From assembly GCA_965199855.1 (NCBI GenBank), contig OZ241326.1, forward strand, positions 1,408,001 to 1,472,000: DNA of 64,000 bases, given 5' to 3'. Position 1 is the first letter of the stretch. Each line of letters begins with the position of its first letter. Of the stretch, positions 1 through 9,261 are shown in pieces. The notes under the pieces were generated by a model that had not been told where the DNA came from, did not search any database, and saw nothing but the letters and a program-made list of their open reading frames with translations. This DNA is from a bacterium. GTDB lineage: Bacteria > UBA8248. The position numbers were made by a program, and so were the translations under genes.

Positions 1-242
1 GATCGCCCCCCGGCGGGGAAGGGGGAAATCCCGTGAGCAGCGGGAAGAAAGCGACCTCGCTTCCCGCTTCATCGCAAAAGAGCGGGACTCCCGCCGGGAT
101 TTTGACTTGAAAATCCGTTTTTGCAAGAATGGGGCGATCTCGGAGCGGGCCCCGGGCGGAGCGGAGGGTTCCGCGGGCTTGGCATGGGATGAAGCGGCGC
201 GTCGAAGCGCTTTGAATTTCGCGGGAGCTGGGAGGCTGGCTG

Positions 243-1112
243 ATGGCCACGGCGACGGATGAAATCAGAAGGGACGACGTAAAACTGCCCACGGAATACA
301 CCGCCCAGGAAAGAATCTGGATGTGGATACGGGACAACGTCCCGAGTTTCATCGCGGTGCTCGTGATCTGGGAGGGCATCGCCTGGTTCGTGGGCGAGCC
401 CGCGCTGTTTCCGCGCGTCTTCCCCATTCTGCACCGCTTCTACGAGGTCACCTTCCTGAAGTCCGGCGATACCGCGTGCGTTCTCTGCGTGCACTCCTAC
501 CACACCGCCTGGCGGATTCTGGTGGGCATGGTCATCGCCGGCTTCGTGGGCATCGCCATCGGCATCGCCATGGGCCGCGTCGGCTGGTTCGAGAAGTTCA
601 TGATTCCCATCCTGAGCATGCTCCTGCCCATCCCGGCGCTGGCCTGGAGTCCGATTCTCGTGCTGTGGTTCGGCCTCGGCAACACCACCATGATTTTCAT
701 CACCGCGTTCGCCGCGGCGCTTCCCGCCATCTCCTCCACCTGGACGGGGGTGAAGACCATCAATCCGGTCTGGATACGGGCGGCGAAGTCGATGAACGCC
801 GAGGGGATGACCCTGTTCTGGAAGGTCATTTTTCCGGGTTCGCTGCCCTTCATCCTCTCGGGTATCCGCATCGGCCTGGCGCGCGCCTGGCGCGCCGGCA
901 TCGCCGGCGAGATGGTCGCCGCGAGCGACTGGGGGCTGGGCTACGCCATCTTCGACAGCCGGGAGGATCTCGATACGGCCTTCATGCTGGTGGGAATCGC
1001 GGCCATCGCCCTGGTCGGGTTCGTGATGGAGAAGTTCATCTTCGAGAAATTCGAGAAGGTGACCGTCGTGAAGTGGGGCATGATGGAGGAGGTGGGCGGT
1101 CAGCGGAAATAG
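243..1112 (+). CDS. ABC transporter permease, nitrate/sulfonate/taurine (TauC/SsuC-like) family
   Basis: 289 aa multi-TM protein; PIPALAWSP and RAAKSMNA...FWKVIFPGSLPFILSGIRIG (EAA-loop region). Confidence 0.9.
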   Translation: MATATDEIRRDDVKLPTEYTAQERIWMWIRDNVPSFIAVLVIWEGIAWFVGEPALFPRVFPILHRFYEVTFLKSGDTACVLCVHSYHTAWRILVGMVIAGFVGIAIGIAMGRVGWFEKFMIPILSMLLPIPALAWSPILVLWFGLGNTTMIFITAFAAALPAISSTWTGVKTINPVWIRAAKSMNAEGMTLFWKVIFPGSLPFILSGIRIGLARAWRAGIAGEMVAASDWGLGYAIFDSREDLDTAFMLVGIAAIALVGFVMEKFIFEKFEKVTVVKWGMMEEVGGQRK

Positions 1113-1142
1113 TCGATAAAGTCCCGGCGCAAGCGGACGACG

Positions 1143-1180
1143 AAAGGCCGGCCCCGAGCGGGGCCGGCCTTTTCGTTTTC
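1143..1180 (+). terminator. Rho-independent terminator (possibly bidirectional)
   Basis: 13-bp stem AAAGGCCGGCCCC-gagc-GGGGCCGGCCTTT followed by TCGTTTTC, 30 nt after the permease stop. Confidence 0.8.
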
Positions 1181-1201
1181 GGGACGGCGCGTTTCGCGCC
1201 G

Positions 1202-1272
1202 CGTCATTCCGGCGGAGGCCGGAATCCGGCGTTTTTCGCCGGTACTGGCGCGCGGCTTTCGCCGCGACGACG
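1202..1272. repeat. CGTC-tagged bipartite palindromic (REP-like) element
   Basis: CGTCATTCCGGCGGAGGCCGGAATCC ... CGCGGCTTTCGCCGCGACGACG; near-identical left arm at 22595-22620. Confidence 0.7.
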
Positions 1273-1355
1273 ATGAAGACCGGCGAATTTTTCAACGGGC
1301 TTCAGGATCAGGGAATGCCGTCGCTTTCGTGGATTTTCGAGGCGCGGGCGGCGCG

Positions 1356-2108
1356 CTAGTTGCCGCGCACCGCCTCGGTCGCCTGGTGTTCGAGGTCCAC
1401 CACCTTGGGGTCGAACGGGTCCCTGGGCCGGGGGATATCCACCCGGATCTCCTTGTGAACCTGTCCCGGCTGGCCCGCGAGAACGATGATTCGGTCGGCG
1501 AGATAGACCGCCTCGCTGAGGTTGTGCGTGACGTAGAAGATGGTTTTCTTCGTCTTCTCCCACACCTCGACCGTCAGCGACTGGAGGTTCTCCCGCGTCT
1601 GCGCGTCGAGGGCGCCGAAGGGCTCGTCCATCAGCATGAACTGCGGCTCGTAGGCGTAGGCCCGCGCCACGGCGACGCGCTGCTTCATGCCGCCCGAGAG
1701 GTTGTGGGGGTAGAGATGGGTGAATTTCTCGAGGTGGACGAGCGACAGATACTCCTGCGCCTTTTTCGCGCGCTCCGCTTTGCTCAGGCCCTTCATCTCC
1801 AGGCCGAACTCGACGTTTCTGAGCGCCGTGCGCCACGGAAAAAGGGCGTATTCCTGAAAAACGACGCCCCGGTTCATGCGGCCTTCCTCCGAGATGGGCT
1901 TGCCGTCCAGCAGGATGGAGCCGGCCGTGTGCTCCAGGAAGCCGGCCAGGATGTTCAGCAGGGTGGTCTTGCCGCAGCCGGAAAGCCCGACGACGCAGAG
2001 GAACTCGCCGTCCTGGATGTCGAGGTTGATGTTCTCGAGGGCGTGCACCCTCCTGTCCTTCAGATAGTATTCCATGTGCAGGTTCTTGATGCTCACTTTT
2101 ACTGGCAT
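1356..2108 (-). CDS. ABC transporter ATP-binding protein, nitrate/sulfonate family (TauB/SsuB-like)
   Basis: Walker A GLSGCGKT, signature LSGGMKQR, Walker B MLMDEPF, H-loop VTHN. Confidence 0.93.
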   Translation of the reverse strand: MPVKVSIKNLHMEYYLKDRRVHALENINLDIQDGEFLCVVGLSGCGKTTLLNILAGFLEHTAGSILLDGKPISEEGRMNRGVVFQEYALFPWRTALRNVEFGLEMKGLSKAERAKKAQEYLSLVHLEKFTHLYPHNLSGGMKQRVAVARAYAYEPQFMLMDEPFGALDAQTRENLQSLTVEVWEKTKKTIFYVTHNLSEAVYLADRIIVLAGQPGQVHKEIRVDIPRPRDPFDPKVVDLEHQATEAVRGN

Positions 2109-2235
2109 GTCGTCCGGTCCTTCTGATAATGCCCGATGACGGCTTCGGCGCCGGCCCTCCGCTGTGAGAGGGGAAGATACCGCAGATGCTTCGCCCGCGT
2201 CAATTCCGCCGCGCGCTTCGGTTCGCTTCGGCGGC

Positions 2236-2994
2236 TCAATGGAAAACGGCGAGCGCCTTCGCGTTCATCGAGACGAGGACGACGCCCATGACGAACAGAG
2301 CCGCCGTGACGATTCGGAAGAACGCCTTGTCCGTGAATGCGCCGTATATCCTCGTGCCGACGAAGAAGCCGAGCAGCACGGGCGCCGTCAGCGCGAGGAT
2401 GAGCCAGAGCGCCGTCGGGCCGATGAAGCCCGCGGCCCAGATGGAGGCGATCGCCGCGACGCGAAGAACGACCTGGCTGGCACTCAGCACGAACAGATAG
2501 CGCTCCTTGGAGACGTTCATGCCCGTGAGGTAGGCGGCGATGACGTGGGAGGGGATGTTGATGGTTCCCAGCATCAGACCGGCGACCGCGCCCATGCCCA
2601 GGGAGCGCCTGAGAGAAGCCTCGGGCGCCTTCTTTTCGGGACGCAGCCATTGCCAGAGGAGCTGGCAGATGAGAAAGGCCCCCAGAATGAACTTCATCAG
2701 CCGGGGGTCGGCGTTCAGAAGCGCGGCGAGGCCGACGGCCAGGCCCGCCAGACTCGTCACGAAGAAGGGAAGGAAGGGGCGAAGCCCTTCTCGGACGGCG
2801 CCTCGCGTTCGCCAGGCGTTCATGAGGCTCGTGCAGAGGGTGGGGATGGAGATGACGGCGATGGCCGTGGGCACGTCCCAGAAGAGGGCGACGGCGGGCG
2901 TCGTCAGGGTGGCGAAGCCGAAGCCGCCCACCGCCTTCAGCCCCGAGCCGACGAAGGCGGCGCAGAAAACGAAGAGGAAGGCCAGGGAAGTCAA
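2236..2994 (-). CDS. Sulfite exporter TauE/SafE family membrane protein
   Basis: Hydrophobic ~252 aa; AVGGFGFATLTTP motif; TTG start preceded by GGAG (ORF-track start is over-extended). Confidence 0.8.
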   Translation of the reverse strand: MTSLAFLFVFCAAFVGSGLKAVGGFGFATLTTPAVALFWDVPTAIAVISIPTLCTSLMNAWRTRGAVREGLRPFLPFFVTSLAGLAVGLAALLNADPRLMKFILGAFLICQLLWQWLRPEKKAPEASLRRSLGMGAVAGLMLGTINIPSHVIAAYLTGMNVSKERYLFVLSASQVVLRVAAIASIWAAGFIGPTALWLILALTAPVLLGFFVGTRIYGAFTDKAFFRIVTAALFVMGVVLVSMNAKALAVFH

Positions 2995-3283
2995 GGCGGC
3001 TCCGTTGAGGTGAATTTCACGCGCCGCCCGAACGCGCGCTCGAAGGGCGCCTTGCGGGACGCGGGGAAATCCATAAATACGGCGCCCGTCTTGACGCCGC
3101 CGCGATGATGTCGGCATTATAGCGGCCAATCCTGGCCGCGGGAAACTTGGAAGGCTCTTTTGCCGCTCTGGCCGCTGAGCCGGGTTGCTCGCGCGTCCGG
3201 TATGCCGGGCGCCGCTTCTCGCGGGTCGGCGTGGCGCCCGACCCCCCGCTCGCCTGCGAATCGGGAGGCGCTTTTTCGTGGGA

Positions 3284-4258
3284 ATGACCTTCAGCCTGCA
3301 TCTGGTGCCGGACGACGTCCGGCTCCTGGCGGAGCGCGCGAAATACGCCGAGGACAACGGCTTCGCCCAGGTATGGATAGCGGAGAGCCACCTCACCTGC
3401 CGGGATCACAACGTCGCGCTCGCCCTGGCCATCGAGCGGACGGAGAGGGTGAAAATCGGCCCGGGCGTGACGAATCCGGTGCTGCACGACGACAGCGTGG
3501 CGGCGAGCGCCATCGCCACGCTGGACGAACTCTCGGGAGGCCGCGTCCTCTTCGGCATCGGCTCGGGGGATACGCCCGTCTATACGCTGGGGAAGAAGAT
3601 GGCGAGGCTCGCCCGGATGCGTCAGTCCATCGCGGACATTCGCGCCTTCACGCGCGGCGAGACGGTGGAATACGCCGAGGGCGTCCGCGTGAAAATGTGG
3701 TGCGCGCGGGAGATTCCCATCTACACCTCCGCCGAAGGCCCCAGGACGCTGGCCATGTCCGGCGAGATCGCCGACGGCGTTCTCGTGGGCTCGGGCGTCT
3801 ATAAAGAGACCGTGGAATGGGTCTTGAGGCATCTGAACGAGGGGGTGGCGAACCGGGACGCCTCCCTGGGCGATCCGGACGTCGTTTTCTGCGCCGTCGC
3901 CTCCGTGGACAGGGACGGCGCGCGCGCGCGGGAGAAGGTGCGGGCGCGGGTGGCGAACCGCGCGCACCACAACTTCCGCATGACGCTCGACTCGGTTCCC
4001 GAGGCGTTCAAGCCCGAAATCCGGAACCTCCTGGCCAACTTCGACGTGAGCAACTGGCGCGACCCGAAGCACGTCCCCCTCATCACCGACTACATTCTGG
4101 ATCGCTTCACCATCACGGGAACGCCCGAGGCGTGCGTGGAGCGCATCAAGGAGATTGAATCCTGCGGGGTGAGGAGCATCATGATCGATCCCCCGGTGCA
4201 GGATTTCGACGAGTCGCTCAGAATGTTCGCCGAGGAGGTTTTGCCCAGGTGCGTATGA
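3284..4258 (+). CDS. LLM-class flavin/F420-dependent oxidoreductase (Mer-like)
   Basis: VWIAESH, IGPGVTNP, ELSGGRVLFGIGSGD, AEGPRTLAMSGEIADG motifs; start could be GTG at 3278. Confidence 0.88.
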   Translation: MTFSLHLVPDDVRLLAERAKYAEDNGFAQVWIAESHLTCRDHNVALALAIERTERVKIGPGVTNPVLHDDSVAASAIATLDELSGGRVLFGIGSGDTPVYTLGKKMARLARMRQSIADIRAFTRGETVEYAEGVRVKMWCAREIPIYTSAEGPRTLAMSGEIADGVLVGSGVYKETVEWVLRHLNEGVANRDASLGDPDVVFCAVASVDRDGARAREKVRARVANRAHHNFRMTLDSVPEAFKPEIRNLLANFDVSNWRDPKHVPLITDYILDRFTITGTPEACVERIKEIESCGVRSIMIDPPVQDFDESLRMFAEEVLPRCV

Positions 4259-4316
4259 GCGCGCCGCCGGCGATCGCTTCGCTCACGCTCCCGTCTCTCG
4301 CATAAAGGATTCCAGA

Positions 4317-4715
4317 ATGGCGCAGATACCCGATTCCCACGCCGGCATTCTCGACACCAAGGCGCTTCTGCATCTGGGCACGCAGAACAAGGACGGATCG
4401 CCCCAGGTTTCTCCCGTCTGGTTCGGCATGAACGGCGATCTCATCGAGATCAATTCGGCCAGGGGGCGCCTGAAGGACGTCAACATGCGCGCCCGCCCCC
4501 GGGTGTCGATGGCCGTCGTCGATCCGGAGAATCCCTATCGATGGCTGGGCATTCAGGGCGTGGTGGTCGAAATCACCGAAAACGGGGCGGAGGAGCACAT
4601 CGACGCCCTGGCGAAGAAGTATCTGAACGTGGACTCCTACCCCAACCGCCAGCCTGGCCAGACGCGCGTCATCTACCGCATACGGGCGAACAAGGTGTTC
4701 ACCATGGGAGCGTAG
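4317..4715 (+). CDS. PPOX-class F420-dependent oxidoreductase (split beta-barrel)
   Basis: LGTQNKDGSPQVSPVW, RLKDVNMRARPRVS, DPENPYRW, IDALAKKY. Confidence 0.88.
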   Translation: MAQIPDSHAGILDTKALLHLGTQNKDGSPQVSPVWFGMNGDLIEINSARGRLKDVNMRARPRVSMAVVDPENPYRWLGIQGVVVEITENGAEEHIDALAKKYLNVDSYPNRQPGQTRVIYRIRANKVFTMGA

Positions 4716-4768
4716 GCCGCCCCCCCGGGGGCCCGAGGCTTTCACAATACGGGATGGAGACCTGAAGG

Positions 4769-5824
4769 ATGAAGTTTTCGCTTTTCTATATTCCGGCGTG
4801 CCAGGAGGGCGAAGCCTACCAGCGCGAGTTCGAGCGGCTGATCGAGCAGTGCGAGGCCGCGGACGAGCTCGGCTACGAGGCCGTGTTCCTCGCCGAGCAC
4901 CACTTCTCCCGCGTGGGGATGTGCCCGGACGCGCTCATGGTCGCCCTCGCCATCGCGCAGAGGACGAAGAAAATCAGAATCGGCACCGCCATCTGCATCA
5001 TGCCCTTTCACAATCCGGTGCGCCTCGCCGAGCAGGCCGCCCTCGTGGACGTGCTGAGCGGCGGGCGCCTGGAGCTCGGCGTCGGCCGGGGGTCCCAGCC
5101 CAGGGAGTTCCAGGGCTTCGACGTTTCCCCCACCGACAGCAGAGAGAAGATGCAGGAAGGCCTCGAGGTGCTCACCCGCCTCCTGGAGGGGCAGCGCCTC
5201 ACCTTCCGGGGCAGGCACTACAGCTGCGTCGACGCGGAGATTTTCCCCAAGCCCATCCAGGAGCCGCGCCCCCCCGTCTGGCTGGCGGGTACCAGCCCCG
5301 AAACCTACGTCTTCGCCGGCCGGAAGGGGTTCAACATCATGGCCTCGGGCACCTTCAAGGGGCCGGAAGCCTATCTGGAGAAAATGGCGCTGTTTCGGGA
5401 GGCCGTGAGGAACCGGGGAGGCGACCCGGATGCGTATCCCTCCATCATGGCGCATCACGTTCACGTCTGCGACGACCCCGAGCGCGCCTGGAGCCAGATC
5501 GAGCCGTCGGAGTCCTGGTATCTCTCCTACCGCAGCGCGGTGAACTCCATCGAGATGTCCCTCGAGGAGAAGGAGGCTCTCAGGCGCAACTGGAGCTACG
5601 ACGTCAACATCCGCGAGGTCATCGAGGGCGGCGGCGTCATCGGCCCGCCGGAGAAGGTGATCGCCGACCTCAAGCGGCTCCGGTCGGAATTCAGGGTGAA
5701 CCACGTCATGATTTTCGCGCTGCGGGGCATCGCCCAGGACGAGGCGATTCTCTCCATCGAGAGGTTCGCCAGAGAGGTGATGCCCGCGTTCCGGGAGGAG
5801 CGCGCGGCGGCGGCGAGTGAATAG
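4769..5824 (+). CDS. LLM-class flavin-dependent oxidoreductase (luciferase-like monooxygenase)
   Basis: LAEHHFS, HNPVRLAEQAALVDVLSGGRLELGVGRG motifs. Confidence 0.9.
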   Translation: MKFSLFYIPACQEGEAYQREFERLIEQCEAADELGYEAVFLAEHHFSRVGMCPDALMVALAIAQRTKKIRIGTAICIMPFHNPVRLAEQAALVDVLSGGRLELGVGRGSQPREFQGFDVSPTDSREKMQEGLEVLTRLLEGQRLTFRGRHYSCVDAEIFPKPIQEPRPPVWLAGTSPETYVFAGRKGFNIMASGTFKGPEAYLEKMALFREAVRNRGGDPDAYPSIMAHHVHVCDDPERAWSQIEPSESWYLSYRSAVNSIEMSLEEKEALRRNWSYDVNIREVIEGGGVIGPPEKVIADLKRLRSEFRVNHVMIFALRGIAQDEAILSIERFAREVMPAFREERAAAASE

Positions 5825-5848
5825 CATCCGCGTGGAGGAGAACGGAGA

Positions 5849-6448
5849 ATGTGGATATCCCCTTTGAGGCCGAGCGAGGCGGAGGAGCCCGCGAAAGGGA
5901 TACTCGAGGGCGTCCGGGAGAAGAGAGGCGCCGTGCCCAAGCTGCTGCTCACCATGGCGCGCCGCCCCGGGGTGCTGAACGGGCGCCAGACGATGAACGC
6001 GGCCGTCCACGGCGGCAATTCGACCCTGGGGAGAAGGCGCGAGGAGCTGCTCTCCTACTACGTCGCCACCATCGGGGGCTGCTACGGCTGAACGATGAAC
6101 CACGGCCAGGCTTTCCGTGCTGAAAGCGGCGACGACGTTACGCTGGCCGACGTGGCCGGCGCGGTGACGGACGCGGAGAATTCTCCGGCGCTGGACGACG
6201 CCGACAGGGCGATGCTCGCCTTCGCCGAGAAGCTCACGTTCGATCACCACTCGATGAGCGAGGCGGATCTGGACGCCCTGCGCGAGGCGGGCTTCAGCGA
6301 GGAGAACGCGCTGGACATCATCGCCTCCGTGTCCTATCGAAACATGAGCAACCGGCTGAATCTGGCCCTCGGCATGGACGCCGTGGAGCCCGAAGGCCCC
6401 GACGAGCTGATGGAGGCCGTTCGCTTCGCCCGCGCCGCGCGCGCCTGA
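5849..6448 (+). CDS. AhpD/CMD-family peroxidase-related protein, putative selenoprotein (CxxU; UGA at 6089-6091)
   Basis: ORFs 5849-6091 and 6095-6448 share a frame; read-through gives GGC-Y-G-U-TMNHG, matching the AhpD CxxCxxxH motif; hairpin follows the UGA. Confidence 0.85.
6105..6130 (+). promoter_or_regulatory. Putative bacterial SECIS element
   Basis: GCC-ag-GCTTTC-cgtgct-GAAAGC-GGC bulged hairpin starting 13 nt after the in-frame UGA. Confidence 0.6.
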
Positions 6449-6568
6449 ACGCCGCATTTTCCGCCGCCGGCCCGGCGCGCCCGGGCCGGCGATTCCCGGG
6501 CGATAATCGCCGCCGTTCGCTCGCCGGGCTTTCCCGCGAAGCGAACCCAGCCAGAAAGGACGCGCTCC

Positions 6569-7339
6569 ATGCCAGACCTCGCCATCCGGCCGCTGAACTG
6601 CGGCACCATCCACACGGACTACTCCAACATGGTGTATTGGACGAATTTCGGGACGAAGCTGGCGATTCCCTCGTTCATCTACATGATCGAGGGGGCGAAG
6701 GATCGCGACGGCAGGGACGTGAAAGTCGTGGTGGACACCAGCTTCCTCGACCCCGAGCGCGGCGGCGCCCCCTGGCCCGCCAGCCGGGAGCCGGGCCAGG
6801 GCGTGCGGGAGCAGCTCGAGGGGGCGGGCTGGAAGCCCGAGGAGGTGGACGTCCTCATTCTCACCCACCTGCACTGGGATCATTCCCAGAACTGCGATCT
6901 GTTCACCAACGCGGTCAAATACGTGTGGGCGGAGGAGCTGCAGTATTCCGTCTGTCCCGTCGCGCTCCAGGCGAAGCCCTACGACGCGCCGATTCACCCC
7001 AACACGCGCTGGCCGATGGTCGCGCAGCAGGGCATCATCTTCGAGCCGATCTGGACGGACGATTTCGAGATCGTGCCGGGCGTCACCTATTTCCACACGC
7101 CGGGACACACGCCGGGGCACTGCTCCGTCGCCGTGGAGACGCGCGTGGGCACCTACGTGATCGCCGCCGACGTGATTCAGATTCAGGAGGGGCTCGAGCG
7201 CCGCGTCCCCGCCGGCCAGATGTCGAGCATGAGGGACGCGATGGACTCCATCTGGAAGTGCATCAACCGGGCGACGAAGGAGGAATACATCCTGCCCGGG
7301 CACGAGGCGTCCGTCCTGGAGAAGGAAGTGTATCCCTGA
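6569..7339 (+). CDS. Metallo-beta-lactamase fold hydrolase, AHL-lactonase-like
   Basis: THLHWDH motif, TPGHTPGH, IAAD, LPGHE. Confidence 0.88.
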   Translation: MPDLAIRPLNCGTIHTDYSNMVYWTNFGTKLAIPSFIYMIEGAKDRDGRDVKVVVDTSFLDPERGGAPWPASREPGQGVREQLEGAGWKPEEVDVLILTHLHWDHSQNCDLFTNAVKYVWAEELQYSVCPVALQAKPYDAPIHPNTRWPMVAQQGIIFEPIWTDDFEIVPGVTYFHTPGHTPGHCSVAVETRVGTYVIAADVIQIQEGLERRVPAGQMSSMRDAMDSIWKCINRATKEEYILPGHEASVLEKEVYP

Positions 7340-7383
7340 CCGGCCCGAGGGCGCGGGCCGGGCCGCTTTGGAGGAGATTCCCG

Positions 7384-7761
7384 ATGGCGATGAGCGAGCG
7401 GGGCAGGGCGCTGTATGAGCGGATGAAGGCGGCGCGCGGGTTTATCTATCCGGCGTATGAGCTTCTGTGCGAGGTGGACCCCGACCTTCTGGAGAACTAC
7501 GAAAATCTGAAGAACCACATCATGAAGAAGCGGGGGCCGTTTCACGAGAAATACAAGGAGCTCTTCATCGCCGTGGCGAGCGCCTCGCGCGACCCCTCCG
7601 ACGCGGAAGGCATCAAGAACCATCTCAAGAGGGCCCTGCAGCTCGGGGCGACCGTGGAGGAGGCGACCGAGGCGCTCGAGTGCATGCTGCCCCCGTGCGG
7701 GATGACGGCGCTGGTGGCCGGATGCGCGCAGCTCAAGGAAGTGATAGACGAGGGGTATTGA
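7384..7761 (+). CDS. Carboxymuconolactone decarboxylase (CMD) family protein
   Basis: MAMSERGRAL...KYKELFIAVASA...IKNHLKRALQLGATVEE; GGAGGAG RBS upstream. Confidence 0.8.
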   Translation: MAMSERGRALYERMKAARGFIYPAYELLCEVDPDLLENYENLKNHIMKKRGPFHEKYKELFIAVASASRDPSDAEGIKNHLKRALQLGATVEEATEALECMLPPCGMTALVAGCAQLKEVIDEGY

Positions 7762-7826
7762 GGCGCGCCCGTTCTTTCTCCTCTCTCGCCCGCCGGGGCT
7801 TCCGGACGACGGAGCCTCCCCGCCCT

Positions 7827-9032
7827 TTACGCGCCGCAGTGCGCCCTGGCGGCGGTCGCGAACATGCCGGCGGCGTCGATGAGGTTCTGCGCCGGCACGC
7901 GCTCGTTCGGAAGATGCGCCTCCGAGATGAACTCGCCGGGGCCGAAGAAGACGCCCGGAATCCCGTTTTCGATGAAGAGCCGGAGCGCGCCGGGGGATTC
8001 GATGCCGGGCAGAAACTCGTTCGGCCTGCCCCGCACGGCGGGGACGACCCGCCGCATGAGCCGCACGACGGGCGCGTCCTCGGGGATTTCCGTCACCTCG
8101 CGCGCGCCGCTGGGCATGATTTCGAGGGACGCCTCGAACTCGGGGTCTTCCCGGGCGAGCTCCGCCAGGATCTCCTCGAGCTTCTCCTTGACGCCCGCCG
8201 AGGTCTGCCCCGGCAGCATCCGCACGTCGAAGGTGGCGCGGCATCGCCCGCCCACCACGTTGACCGCCGAGCCTCCCTCGATGGTGGAGAAGGCGAGGGT
8301 GGCGGGGCCCAGGAAGGGGTGCGGTTCCGGCGCGATGCGCTCCGCCCGGAAGGCGCCGATGATTGCGGCCATCTTCTCGATGGCGTTGACGCCCTTCTCC
8401 GGCACGCTTACGTGCGCCGAGCGGCCGCGCGCCCTGACCTCGAAGAACACCCGCCCCTTGAATGAGCGGATGACGTTGTTCCCCGTCGATTCGGTGTAGA
8501 GAACCATGTCGCCCGCCAGCTCCTTCAGGACGCCGCCGTCCGCCAGGGACTGCGCGCCGAAGCGGTCGCCCTTCTCGCCGTCGGAGAGCAGAACCCAGGT
8601 GAGCGCGCCCTTCAGGGGGACTTTCTCGTCCCGCAGCGCCTTGAGCGCGCCGAGGGTGGAGGCCAGGGCGCCTTTCATGTCGGCGGCGCCGCGGCCCCAG
8701 ACTTCTCCCTCCCGGAGCTCGCCGCTGAAGGGAGGAGCCCGCCAGGCTTCCGCCTCTTCGGGATGAACGGGGACGGTGTCCATGTGCCCGCCGATGACGA
8801 GGTGACCGCCCGCGCCTCCTCCGCCCGCGCGGATGATGAAGTTGGGCATTCCCGCCTCGTATTCATGGGTGATGATCTCGTCCGCCCCGATGGTCTTGAG
8901 CTCCGCCAGAATCCGCTCCGCCACGGCGGAGCAGTCCCCCGGCGGGTTCTCCGAGGGGATGCGTATCAGCTCCCGCGCGAGCCTCACTACGTAGTCCCCG
9001 TCCACCGGAACGGGGGTGATGGCGCTGTTCAC
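7827..9032 (-). CDS. M20 family metallopeptidase/deacylase (ArgE/DapE-like)
   Basis: LIRIPSENPPG, GHMDTVP, GRGAADMKG, GRSAHVS, AHLPNERV; GTG start with GAGGAG RBS. Confidence 0.88.
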   Translation of the reverse strand: MNSAITPVPVDGDYVVRLARELIRIPSENPPGDCSAVAERILAELKTIGADEIITHEYEAGMPNFIIRAGGGGAGGHLVIGGHMDTVPVHPEEAEAWRAPPFSGELREGEVWGRGAADMKGALASTLGALKALRDEKVPLKGALTWVLLSDGEKGDRFGAQSLADGGVLKELAGDMVLYTESTGNNVIRSFKGRVFFEVRARGRSAHVSVPEKGVNAIEKMAAIIGAFRAERIAPEPHPFLGPATLAFSTIEGGSAVNVVGGRCRATFDVRMLPGQTSAGVKEKLEEILAELAREDPEFEASLEIMPSGAREVTEIPEDAPVVRLMRRVVPAVRGRPNEFLPGIESPGALRLFIENGIPGVFFGPGEFISEAHLPNERVPAQNLIDAAGMFATAARAHCGA

Positions 9033-9261
9033 GAAAAAACTCCTCTCAGAATGGGAACGTCCGCCTCCCCCGCCCGCGGCGGAGGCCGGCCCCGGGCGGG
9101 CCGCTCGCGGCGTCTCCGAGCCTCCGCAAGACTTCCGCCCGCGTCGGCTTTTCACTCCGCGCTTCAGCCGGCTCCCGATGAAGAAGGGTTGCCGCCTCCT
9201 CCCGGGGAACCGCGCCGGGAATGACGCCGCCGATGCCTTGGGTTCTGTCGAATGCCTCGGG

